This document shows, one piece after another, positions 17,307-25,940 of a stretch of DNA of 53,519 nt. Under the pieces are notes generated by a model that had not been told where the DNA came from, did no database searches, and saw only the letters and a program-made list of their open reading frames with translations. This DNA comes from a virus. Its lineage: Duplodnaviria > Caudoviricetes. Where the stretch lies: the IMG/VR virus record IMGVR_UViG_3300020193_000033, positions 1 to 53,519 of that record; one strand, given 5' to 3'. The translations under genes and the position numbers were made by a program. Each line of letters opens with the position of its first letter. The first letter of the stretch is position 1.

Positions 17307-19301
17307 CTACCGTCTCGAGCGCTTACGAATGGCACCAGTAACTACCGCTTTGGCAAACGGCAGCAACTCTCCCGCATGGGATATACGACCAAAGATCTCA
17401 GCTTTGTGGGCTACAGTTTTCATATCTTTACCATCATAATGGCTTTTAAACGTTCTCTCGTCCATGATTAGAATTGTCGAAGTAAGAATACCTCGCTTTG
17501 CGATACGCTCAATAACCTCATCATTCGGGTTACTGTGGAAATCGCCATCGGTGATGATAAACAACATCTTATTCTTTTTGCGTGAAGACATGAGCAACTG
17601 CTCAGCCTCAAGCAATGCGGTATAAGGATTGGTTCCACCATCTCCGTAAATGAATTTATATTGCAAACGATCGGCTTTCTCGTTTCTACTGTATGCAACT
17701 TCATTCTGATCGTCAAAAGCGTATACAGTAACTGGAGCACCGATATGCTCAAGAGCACGTTTGATAGTCCAGCATGCAACAGACGCATTTCTATCGTTGT
17801 TTTTGTATGTCATAGAGCCAGATCTATCGATGCAAATTACTGCTTCAATATCACAGCTCTCGTCGCCTTCATCCCATCTATCAAATGCCACGTCAGGCTC
17901 ACACCCAGCCATGGCTCGTTTGATATTGAGTTTGCCTGATGGCGTTTCTCTAATCCAACCAGGTTCTGAGAGATCACGCAAGCGTTGCAGTTCTTTGGCA
18001 AATCTACGATAGTTTGTAATTGCCTCGTAGGGAATTGTTGTGTCGTCAAACTTGCCACGCTTACTTTGATCGTCATACTTACCATCGCCACCAACAATGA
18101 TTCGTTGCTTGGCTTTGATGTCGGTTATAACGTCTTTGTTGTTTAGAGTATCAAAGATGATATCCTCTAGCATGTCTCCAATGTGCTCTGGAATACCGCC
18201 AACACTAGGAGTATGACCTGAACCTATACTTGGGTCTAGGTGTTTGATTTCTTCTCGTATTGCTAGCGCTTCATCTACAGTGCGGTGAGTAACTTCAGAT
18301 TTTTCTTTATTACTGTTACCAGCACTAGGATTATCTTCTTTGTTTTTATTATTGTCGTTGCTATTTGTAGCTTTTGGTTTATTGTCGTTGCTATTTGTAG
18401 CTTTTGGTTTAGGTTTATATGTATAGTCAGATTCGGCTTTACCTTGACCTTTTGCTCGTTGAGCATCACGCTCTTGAGCTTTACCTGGCTCTGGTCTGCC
18501 TTTAACCATAGGTGCACGACCACCGCAGCCCGAAGGACCACCGTGAGTGCAGCCTGTGCTATCTGCAGGATTGCAGTTGTAAGCAGCAACCTGTTGTCTG
18601 ATTGCATCCAGTATTCCTGTGGGCTTGAGAATATACTCATTGAACTGTTCTATCAGTTCTATGGCTCTCTTGTAGTCTTTAGGAAATACCAACAACCTAT
18701 ACTCGTCGATGATTCTTGCGATAGTGGGAATAAGTTCGGGGTATGCAAACGCATCTCGGTATGCTTCTCGAACTTCTACCGGTAGATATCGACGACCACG
18801 TATAGCCAGATAGTTACCAGACGTGTCTGCGTCTTTAGAACTTAGCCAGCGAGCACAGGTGGCAGACAGATAAGGAATAACTGCAGGATATCTAGCAGTG
18901 AATAGCGTCTCGATACGTTGATCCTCGAGGATATTCATACTTTCCATTAGTTTATTCTCTATCACATACTTGACCATCTCTGTGCCTTTGCGAGGCGTAT
19001 ATAACTGATGACACAGCTCGTGATAATTTAGGCCGTTTACTTGTGTCAATGTTTCCAAATCCATTTCTAGAATTTCAGAAGCATTGAGCGTGATTGTCGC
19101 ACCGTCAGACCACGCTGGTGCGGGACCTTCTTTTACGACATTCACAACAATCGGATCGCCAGTTAGGACACGATCTGCTTGTTCATACACACGACTTAGA
19201 GTTCCAAGTTGTAATGCACGTTCCTGCACATCTTCCTCTCTAACTTCCCTTTGCCAACTAAATCCTTGATAAATATCATCAAGGTCATTTATAAGAGGCA
19301 T
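17307..19301 (-). CDS. vWA-domain protein with N-terminal HExxH domain (CobT/NorD-like MoxR partner)
   Basis: HELCH...NILEDQRIE; low-complexity linker; SGKLNI; MIDAS DRSGSM, GGT, ITDG. Confidence 0.85.
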   Translation of the reverse strand: MPLINDLDDIYQGFSWQREVREEDVQERALQLGTLSRVYEQADRVLTGDPIVVNVVKEGPAPAWSDGATITLNASEILEMDLETLTQVNGLNYHELCHQLYTPRKGTEMVKYVIENKLMESMNILEDQRIETLFTARYPAVIPYLSATCARWLSSKDADTSGNYLAIRGRRYLPVEVREAYRDAFAYPELIPTIARIIDEYRLLVFPKDYKRAIELIEQFNEYILKPTGILDAIRQQVAAYNCNPADSTGCTHGGPSGCGGRAPMVKGRPEPGKAQERDAQRAKGQGKAESDYTYKPKPKATNSNDNKPKATNSNDNNKNKEDNPSAGNSNKEKSEVTHRTVDEALAIREEIKHLDPSIGSGHTPSVGGIPEHIGDMLEDIIFDTLNNKDVITDIKAKQRIIVGGDGKYDDQSKRGKFDDTTIPYEAITNYRRFAKELQRLRDLSEPGWIRETPSGKLNIKRAMAGCEPDVAFDRWDEGDESCDIEAVICIDRSGSMTYKNNDRNASVACWTIKRALEHIGAPVTVYAFDDQNEVAYSRNEKADRLQYKFIYGDGGTNPYTALLEAEQLLMSSRKKNKMLFIITDGDFHSNPNDEVIERIAKRGILTSTILIMDERTFKSHYDGKDMKTVAHKAEIFGRISHAGELLPFAKAVVTGAIRKRSRR
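18349..18411. repeat. 30-bp tandem duplication in the vWA linker
   Basis: TTATTGTCGTTGCTATTTGTAGCTTTTGGT x2, encoding KPKATNSNDN twice. Confidence 0.9.
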
Positions 19302-19312
19302 TTATATCCTTT

Positions 19313-20719
19313 CTAGTGTGAAGGGACAAAACCACCAACCCACTGTTCAAGTTCTTGCTCAGGGGTCAATGACTCTTCGGGTTGTACAACAGTGACTGGA
19401 ATTTCAATTCCGAAGTCAGACTTGATATTGTGTTCGTGGGTCTGGAATACGAGACGAACAGACGCTGCTTCTTCTGGTGTGAAGTGAGCAATGAAGTTCT
19501 CAACAGCAAACTCGTAGTTCAATCCATTTACAAATTCCATAAACTCCATCAACATATTTGTGGAGATAGGGGTTTCGTATTGACCTTTGTTTGCTTCTAC
19601 ACGAAGCTGACGAGCCACAACAAGTAACGCTTTTGAACTGACCAATTTGGACTCGACTTTGTCATCGTAATCCCACGGGATTTGGATGTCAAAACGATTG
19701 CGAAACGCAAAGTTTAGAGGCGTTGTACCGATGTAATCAGGATTCATGGTAGCGAAGATAGTCAGGTCTGGATGAGCCTGAATTGTTTCGCCCATGTGGT
19801 CCAACAATTGCAATGTACGCTGCGAACCTGTCGCTGGATACAATGTGGTGTAGATTTTTGGATTGATAAAGTTGACCTCATCGAGGAGCAACGAGCCACC
19901 GTTACGAAATACATCAGTAACAGGACCGTCAATCCAAACCCACTGACCATTTAGCATGATCATTTTGCCAAACATTTGACTTGGTTCGAGCGATGCATTG
20001 CCAGATACGGTTGCGAGTTTTAGCCCGCGGGAAGCACACCAAGCCTCGACAGATGAAGTCTTGCCGGGACCTGTTGGACCGTAAATAAGAACATTTACCT
20101 GATTGGCACGAGCATAGTCATAGATTTCGAAGTCTTGTTTACCCCAAATCGTACGACTGACGTAACGTTCGGCTATTTCCTTTCTTGGCACTGTTGCTAG
20201 AGCAGCATGTGTTGGCGCATATGTTTGTGGCATTGCGTTAATTTCCGCTGCTGGCTGTGCGATTGTTTGTGTTGGAGCAGCTGCAACTGGCACCACAGAG
20301 CCGGCTTGACGACGACCATCGATAACATATTCCTCGAGTGATTCGTCGCGTTCGGATACCTGTGAATAAATATCTGGGAGGATATCATTCAAGTTATCTG
20401 TGGATACGGTTGCTTTTGTATGAGACTGACACGCTTTCGTGCCAAGAACAGGGGAATAACCCTTGCTCGTCATAGCACGCTCATCAGCAGATGTAACATA
20501 TACACCAACTGGAGTGCGTGTGAGTTGCTCGGCTGCACCGATCTGTCCCACGAGTATGTCGTACTCAGTTTCCTCCCATTTATTGTGAGGACCCTTAGTC
20601 CCATCAGTGACCCGTGTGTAGATTCTTACGAGTTCGCCACCATGTGGCGTAATGAGAACTTGACGGCGTTTTGCTCCCATTATCGGCTCGTAGGATTCTG
20701 TGAATATAGCGATATCCAT
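19313..20719 (-). CDS. MoxR/CbbQ/CobS-family AAA+ ATPase
   Basis: Walker A GPTGPGKT, Walker B LLLDEVN, ATMNP, AFRNRF. Confidence 0.9.
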   Translation of the reverse strand: MDIAIFTESYEPIMGAKRRQVLITPHGGELVRIYTRVTDGTKGPHNKWEETEYDILVGQIGAAEQLTRTPVGVYVTSADERAMTSKGYSPVLGTKACQSHTKATVSTDNLNDILPDIYSQVSERDESLEEYVIDGRRQAGSVVPVAAAPTQTIAQPAAEINAMPQTYAPTHAALATVPRKEIAERYVSRTIWGKQDFEIYDYARANQVNVLIYGPTGPGKTSSVEAWCASRGLKLATVSGNASLEPSQMFGKMIMLNGQWVWIDGPVTDVFRNGGSLLLDEVNFINPKIYTTLYPATGSQRTLQLLDHMGETIQAHPDLTIFATMNPDYIGTTPLNFAFRNRFDIQIPWDYDDKVESKLVSSKALLVVARQLRVEANKGQYETPISTNMLMEFMEFVNGLNYEFAVENFIAHFTPEEAASVRLVFQTHEHNIKSDFGIEIPVTVVQPEESLTPEQELEQWVGGFVPSH

Positions 20720-20800
20720 TTCCTACCCCTTCTCGGTATTTGGATTCGTGTCCGTAAGCGATTTGCTTACAGTTCCCGGCACCGTGCCGGAAATCTATTA

Positions 20801-20972
20801 AAAGACAGAGGGCGTGGAGTGTAAACAACGTGCAGATAGGCCCATTCACTTAGCCTTGCTGGTGGCAAGGCACCTGTTCGTCGCACCATACGTTCTAGTG
20901 CGGAGGATACGGCTGAATGCGTTAAGTCTAATTTCCTCGCGTTGTCAGGGAATCCACGCTCGCTCTGTCTTT
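20801..20972 (+). ncRNA. Candidate structured RNA of about 170 nt
   Basis: Nested long-range helices; four non-WC positions are G-U only on the plus strand; U-rich tail follows. Confidence 0.5.
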
Positions 20973-21226
20973 GTTTTATATAGTTTACGCACGAAGGAGA
21001 TTGGTGACGCAGATCGTCCGGCCGCACCGTCAGCAACGTAAAACAGGAAACAACAAAGATGGTTATCACCTCACCCCGTAGTCAGGGTTTTTGCTCTTAT
21101 TGGCTTGGGTGTGACGTTCTTTATTCCTGAAGCGTTTACGTTCATGTTCATCCGCAGATTACGGTTTGGCGTCGGAGTAGAATGGCAGGCCAAATCTCGA
21201 GTGCTTCTTGCCATATATAACCTTAT

Positions 21227-21523
21227 TTAAAATGGGCTGGGGAAATCATCTGAGAGCACACGGCGTCTCAGTTCTAGTGGCAATTCTTCTGGGTGACGAA
21301 GTGCTATGGTAATGCCCATCAGGTTTGCGACATGGAACGTAACGCATGTAACACAGGGTGGGTTCATCATCTTGTGTTCTTTTTCATTGTAGTTTTCGTT
21401 TAGATGAGCCATAATCATTTTTGCTGTATCCATAAGCGATGTACAGTCATCATGCTCACAGTTATCATCGTTATCGTCACCGTTGATAAACATATTTATG
21501 TCGAACTTGTCAAAGTGTGACAT
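21227..21523 (-). CDS. Cys/His-containing hypothetical protein
   Basis: AAGG RBS; CEHDDC, CVTC. Confidence 0.65.
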   Translation of the reverse strand: MSHFDKFDINMFINGDDNDDNCEHDDCTSLMDTAKMIMAHLNENYNEKEHKMMNPPCVTCVTFHVANLMGITIALRHPEELPLELRRRVLSDDFPSPF

Positions 21524-21691
21524 TTACTTACCTTCTTTCACTTTCTTGATACGGAAAGGCACTTTCTCGTTCTTGCGATAATCTTTCAAGATAGAGAGAG
21601 CTTCCTTTTTAGTGCTGGCGGTAAATACCGCTTCCCACCCGTATGTCTTGGGATTGTATAAGCCCTGAACTTCATAGGCATATGTTTTCAC
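21524..21691 (-). CDS. 55-aa hypothetical protein
   Basis: Not in the track; GTG start after AAGGT; VKTYAYEVQGLYNPKTYGWE... Confidence 0.6.
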   Translation of the reverse strand: MKTYAYEVQGLYNPKTYGWEAVFTASTKKEALSILKDYRKNEKVPFRIKKVKEGK

Positions 21692-21710
21692 TCGCTTACC
21701 TTCTCTTTCT

Positions 21711-22244
21711 TTATTGTAGGTAATGCTTTAGATATCCGTTTTGCTGTTGTTCCTCTAGTTGTCGGAGTGCAGAATGACGGCTGTTGATTATCAAGTTTTG
21801 ATACATGACGCCAGGCATACCTTTTTTCATGGCATCGACTATCAACCAGACAGCAGGTGAGGTTTCTCCTGGTTCTCCTCGCTTGATAATCTTTACTGTC
21901 AAGTCTTTACGCTCGACAGCAAAAGTAATGGCTGCTGAATACTCTTGTAGAGTCTTCAACGTACTAACTCCTGATGGAGTCATTTGAAGCCATCCAGTAA
22001 ATGTGTCTATAAGGCTGTCATGGTCAGTGACATCCGTGAGAAGCTGGGCTGTCAATGCTTCTCTAAACGCTTTACTTGCTTCAGATAATCTGATGAAGTT
22101 TTTAGGCATCATCTTGTCCTTTAAAATAACCCTGCTGTATTCAGCAACCAACACTTCTGCTGACATTGATTCAGCGTCAGTAATTTCTGCTTCTGTAAAT
22201 GATATGCCTTGATACATTGGGTTGAACTCAACTGATTGAGACAT
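21711..22244 (-). CDS. Hypothetical helical protein
   Basis: Overlaps the upstream gene end. Confidence 0.7.
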   Translation of the reverse strand: MSQSVEFNPMYQGISFTEAEITDAESMSAEVLVAEYSRVILKDKMMPKNFIRLSEASKAFREALTAQLLTDVTDHDSLIDTFTGWLQMTPSGVSTLKTLQEYSAAITFAVERKDLTVKIIKRGEPGETSPAVWLIVDAMKKGMPGVMYQNLIINSRHSALRQLEEQQQNGYLKHYLQ

Positions 22245-22944
22245 ATGCTGCTATCGCTTTCTCTAGTTCGCTTGGTTTGTGATTTATCAATATGCCTTGT
22301 TGTAGGCGCAATGGTGAGCCGTCCCACAGCATGCTTTGATAGCCTGCTCCGTAAACGGCTTTTCCACTTCCATTACAACGAGAACAAGTCTCTGCTCTGG
22401 GAATGTAATGACTTTGGGTTTGTCCATGTTCACATGGGTGCTTGTGCTCTAGTGAAGGGCTCCCCTCTAAGGGTTCCCATCTTGGTTGTATGGTGCACTC
22501 TTTGCCATATGAGCACCACCAAACTTGACACCAACCATCTACTAATCCAGAACCACCGCAACGTCTGCATTTGCATAATTTGCCTGGTTTGTTTTTAGCA
22601 TCTTGAAACACCACATGTATTTTATGTTTGCGTTGATATACATCACGAAGGTTTGCAAAGTCTCTGTAGACTGTGCGTGTACTCCATGAATACAATGGGT
22701 TGTGTGATCTACCCCAATGAGTTTGATAATTTTTGGCTTGTATAGTTGTCGTACCATCTGCATGATACGTAACTAATGTTTGCTGATTCCATCTACAGAA
22801 CACTTCAATGTCTGAAGATGTAGTTATGTTCCCAGTTCCTGGTACACGCCGTAGTGCAAGACCACGTGTGTAGAGCGGGCGCTCCCACTTACGCTTACCT
22901 CTACTGAGCCAATCAGCAGCACTTTGATAGTTGTCAACTATCAT
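22228..22944 (-). CDS. Protein with DnaJ-type Zn-finger repeats
   Basis: CRRCGGSG and CSRCNGSG; GAGG RBS. Confidence 0.7.
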   Translation of the reverse strand: MIVDNYQSAADWLSRGKRKWERPLYTRGLALRRVPGTGNITTSSDIEVFCRWNQQTLVTYHADGTTTIQAKNYQTHWGRSHNPLYSWSTRTVYRDFANLRDVYQRKHKIHVVFQDAKNKPGKLCKCRRCGGSGLVDGWCQVWWCSYGKECTIQPRWEPLEGSPSLEHKHPCEHGQTQSHYIPRAETCSRCNGSGKAVYGAGYQSMLWDGSPLRLQQGILINHKPSELEKAIAAYVSIS

Positions 22945-23237
22945 TGATACACCTCTTTCTCACGATTGATGTATTCAAACGTGCGCTCCCTCTCTGCTTC
23001 TTGAATACGATCAAGTTCTTGCTTGGATACTTGTTCGTCCTCTTCGAACCAATTAATAGAGATGGGAAACCTTCTTGCTCTTTCTGGTGAGAGAGCATAT
23101 AGAATGTCACCCATTCCGTCAATGACTCCAGAGTGGTAGGCACGACTGTGCATGTTGTCTAAATCCTGAGCGTCTAACTCAGAACGAAGCATCATGTCTT
23201 CAATCAGCTTGAGAACTTTCTTTTTTCTCATATACAT
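22941..23237 (-). CDS. Hypothetical protein
   Basis: Start refined to MYMRKKK after an AGAAAGG RBS. Confidence 0.7.
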   Translation of the reverse strand: MYMRKKKVLKLIEDMMLRSELDAQDLDNMHSRAYHSGVIDGMGDILYALSPERARRFPISINWFEEDEQVSKQELDRIQEAERERTFEYINREKEVYQ

Positions 23238-23408
23238 ATGTGCCTTTCTGCCACGTGCCATGTGTTGACACGAGCGTGCCCACGTAAACTTTGACGCTTA
23301 CATGGGCTTGACTAGATGTAACCGCTAGTCCGGTATTGCGAGGGAGGACATATTCAACCCTACAAGTCAATTGACACCATTGGTGATCCCCCGTGCAAAC
23401 CTGAATGA

Positions 23409-23677
23409 TTAGATGACACATTGAATTACTTGTGGAATTGTGCGAGACTCGCTACACAGCCCCTCTTGCATCGCAGAACTACATACATGGTGAATGTCAT
23501 GACCACTTCACTATGCCTCTGCTCTTACTTAGATAGGTAACTACCTCAGAGCCTGTACCTCAAGCACCTAAGTCCGTACTGTTTTGCTTCTTCACGCTCG
23601 CTGTAGTTTCGCAGTTACACCCTACTACAGGTTACGTTCTCAGTTACAATCACAAGCCTATTCAATGTGTCTTCTAA
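23409..23677 (-). ncRNA. Candidate multi-helix structured RNA of about 270 nt
   Basis: Ends pair over about 30 bp (GACACATTGAAT 23415-26 with ATTCAATGTGTC 23660-71, plus flanking helices); internal helices with G-U on the minus strand; no credible ORF. Confidence 0.6.
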
Positions 23678-23710
23678 GAGCTCTTTTTTTGTCAAGTCAT
23701 GCTCAGGACT
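23678..23710 (-). repeat. Pseudoknot motif, copy 1
   Basis: AGUC-CUGAGCAU-GACU-UGACAAAAAAAGA-GCUC. Confidence 0.6.
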
Positions 23711-23884
23711 TTGATTTGTTTTCTGCCAACGGAGCCCATCTATTGTCTAGCAATAGGAATGGGACGTATCTGGCTGCGGAACTTCTGCTGTTCCGGTGCT
23801 CCCTTATTTATCGTCGCGAGCACGACGTCCCTTCCTTTCGATGCAAGCACCTACTAGGCGAGAACTCTATTTTTGTCACGATAT

Positions 23885-24391
23885 TTACCAAGATGACTGG
23901 TAATAGAATGAAAGTTTATCGAAATCAGGTCTATCGATAAGAGGCTGAAGTTGATTAATGGTCTCCATTAGACCTTCCCAATACCACCCGTCTATGTCCG
24001 TTCCGCCAAAGAAAAATCCTCCTCTCGGCGGTATTAGATTAGGGTTTTTATTGGCAACGGCAAAAGTACACAGTCTAACTAATTCTCTCAATTTTTCATG
24101 CGATACATAGTATTCGCCACAGTCGTCCTCGCCATTCTGCACATTCTCTACGAACCAGCCATGAACCGCATTGACCTTGCGCCAATATGCAACATTCACG
24201 GTAACATCTAGCCCATAAATACTTTCTCTATCGACTAGAGTAGTTAATCCAGCAGACTTAACAACATTATCCCATTGTGGGAATGTCGCTTCGGAATAGC
24301 GAGTTTCGCTTCCAAAGTTATCTCTATCTAATTTATTCCAGTCGGTTTTCTCAATATGCTTTCTAGCACTTAAGTACATATCTAAACCCAT
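23885..24391 (-). CDS. Conserved phage early protein (MGLDMYL...YWRK...GFFFG...YQSSW type)
   Basis: Recognisable motifs of a widespread uncharacterised phage family; AGAAAGGA RBS. Confidence 0.8.
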   Translation of the reverse strand: MGLDMYLSARKHIEKTDWNKLDRDNFGSETRYSEATFPQWDNVVKSAGLTTLVDRESIYGLDVTVNVAYWRKVNAVHGWFVENVQNGEDDCGEYYVSHEKLRELVRLCTFAVANKNPNLIPPRGGFFFGGTDIDGWYWEGLMETINQLQPLIDRPDFDKLSFYYQSSW

Positions 24392-24424
24392 TTTATTTCC
24401 TTTCTTATTAGGTTAGGCTTTGTG

Positions 24425-24454
24425 TGAGCCTTTTTAATTGTCATGCTCAGGACA
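24425..24454 (-). repeat. Pseudoknot motif, copy 2
   Basis: UGUC-CUGAGCAU-GACA-AUUAAAAAG-GCUCA; 14-nt core identical to copy 1. Confidence 0.6.
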
Positions 24455-24526
24455 TTTAGCGTAAGCGAGGGGTCCCAAAGGCTAATAAGCCTGCCAAACC
24501 CGTGCTGTACTAATTTTATTGCGTTA

Positions 24527-24931
24527 TTACATTGGCGTTATTACAGTTCTTGGCTCAACGAACTGACGAACTCTTTCAACAATATTTGAAATGATTTCAG
24601 TTTGCTCGTCTGAGAGTCCCAGCGTTTCGCCTTCTTTGTCTGTGCCACCTGTGAGAACGATGTCTCCCACGATGTAGTCGGTGTGTGGACCGAAAGCTTT
24701 ATCCCACATGAACTGTGCAAAAGGGTTGTGCGGTAGTCCAGTGAGTTTGCCTTCCTCGTTGCACCACATGGTTATGCCAGTCCATTGCGTTGATGTAAAC
24801 GTAGGGTTTGTGGCAATGTCGATTGCTTGCACCCAACCACCAACTGCAGTTTGCAAGGTAGTGAGTGAGTTTTCAGTGATGTCTAACTCAGCAACCTCAC
24901 CTGTGGTCTTGATTTGAATTGCCTTTTTCAT
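24527..24931 (-). CDS. DUF3846-like protein
   Basis: LQTAVGGWVQ, WCNEEGKL..LPHN, IVGDIVLTG motifs. Confidence 0.8.
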   Translation of the reverse strand: MKKAIQIKTTGEVAELDITENSLTTLQTAVGGWVQAIDIATNPTFTSTQWTGITMWCNEEGKLTGLPHNPFAQFMWDKAFGPHTDYIVGDIVLTGGTDKEGETLGLSDEQTEIISNIVERVRQFVEPRTVITPM

Positions 24932-25045
24932 GGCTTGGGTATCCTTCTTCTATCTTCTATCTGTGCGTATCACAGATAGATAGAGCACCACAGGAAAGCC
25001 TGTGATGCCCTATACATCTATGCCCATTTCTTTTTGTAGTTCATA

Positions 25046-25366
25046 TTATTCCTTTACGAGAACTGATAACTTCTTTAGACGTTCTGATAGTTGTTCGCTT
25101 TTTTTCTGTATAGAGCGCAGCTGCCTCATAGTCATTGTGGAATAGCCAATAAGTTTGGCATGAATCTCAAATTCACGCTTCCACTCTATTTTGTATTTGA
25201 CTCGAATGACGGTATCAGCACGTTTTTGAGGATTAGCATAGTTACTCTGTGCTGCCTCAATTACGGCTTGTTTCCACTCTTGTTTATACCTATTACGCAA
25301 GATTGTGCCTGCTCTTTGAGCACATTTGTTATGATCACGTCTACCTTGAGCATTACTCCACTTCAT
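25046..25366 (-). CDS. Basic helical protein with an internal repeat
   Basis: QRAGTILRNRYKQEWK / KRADTVIRVKYKIEWK. Confidence 0.7.
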   Translation of the reverse strand: MKWSNAQGRRDHNKCAQRAGTILRNRYKQEWKQAVIEAAQSNYANPQKRADTVIRVKYKIEWKREFEIHAKLIGYSTMTMRQLRSIQKKSEQLSERLKKLSVLVKE

Positions 25367-25662
25367 TTAATTATTCCTTTACGCACCGCGTTACGCGTTA
25401 TTTTTTGTTCTAGGTCTACGAGAGCGCTTATTACATTTCGTTTGTTTTGTGACTCGTATTTTGCATACTTTGATTGAATAGACATCACTCTGGTATCTAT
25501 ACCAAACTCTTCTTTTAGTATTCGGGTGTATAAAACCCTGTATTCGTCACGATACCTACGAGCGAGTATGGTTTTAGCCATTTGCGCTGCATTAGTCCTA
25601 GCATTGAGTATGCGACGCTTTTCTTTATTGATTATCAAGGTGTTTTTGCTTTTGGTTTTCAT
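25363..25662 (-). CDS. Basic helical protein
   Basis: AGGAG RBS; QMAKTILARRYRDEYR resembles the repeat in its neighbour. Confidence 0.7.
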   Translation of the reverse strand: MKTKSKNTLIINKEKRRILNARTNAAQMAKTILARRYRDEYRVLYTRILKEEFGIDTRVMSIQSKYAKYESQNKRNVISALVDLEQKITRNAVRKGIIK

Positions 25663-25720
25663 TGTTTTCTACTCCTATTAAGTAGTTTTGATGGTTTTTT
25701 TTCGGTAAGCGGAAGTGCAT

Positions 25721-25936
25721 CTAATCCTTTCCGAACATTAGATTTTGATAGGTGACACCTAGCGCAAAAGCAAGGCGATGAATTTCTAGCGCATTTACGC
25801 TGTTATCTTTGCCACTTTCAATAGACGCTACTCGTTCAGGTGTTAGTTGAGAAAATAATGCTATCTCTTCAATCGTGGCTGGAATTGCCTCTCGAGTGTC
25901 TTTGACTCTTTGAGCGAATTTCTCTAGTGTTGTCAT
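25721..25936 (-). CDS. XRE/Cro-family HTH protein
   Basis: RVKDTRE...TIEEIA...VASIESG...RLAFALGV. Confidence 0.8.
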   Translation of the reverse strand: MTTLEKFAQRVKDTREAIPATIEEIALFSQLTPERVASIESGKDNSVNALEIHRLAFALGVTYQNLMFGKD

Positions 25937-25940
25937 TTAA

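Noticed and set aside
21071-21214. 47-aa minus ORF MARSTRDL...
   Set aside because: Plausible start, but the most protein-like text (DEHERKRFRNKERH) is in another frame. It may be a frameshifted remnant; too weak to call.
23790-23831. Bona fide pistol ribozyme
   Set aside because: P2 and the cleavage-site elements are missing.
23584-23940. 118-aa plus ORF, and similar ORFs at 20767-21069, 20814-21041 and 23200-23421
   Set aside because: No RBS, atypical composition, and they overlap structured elements or real genes.
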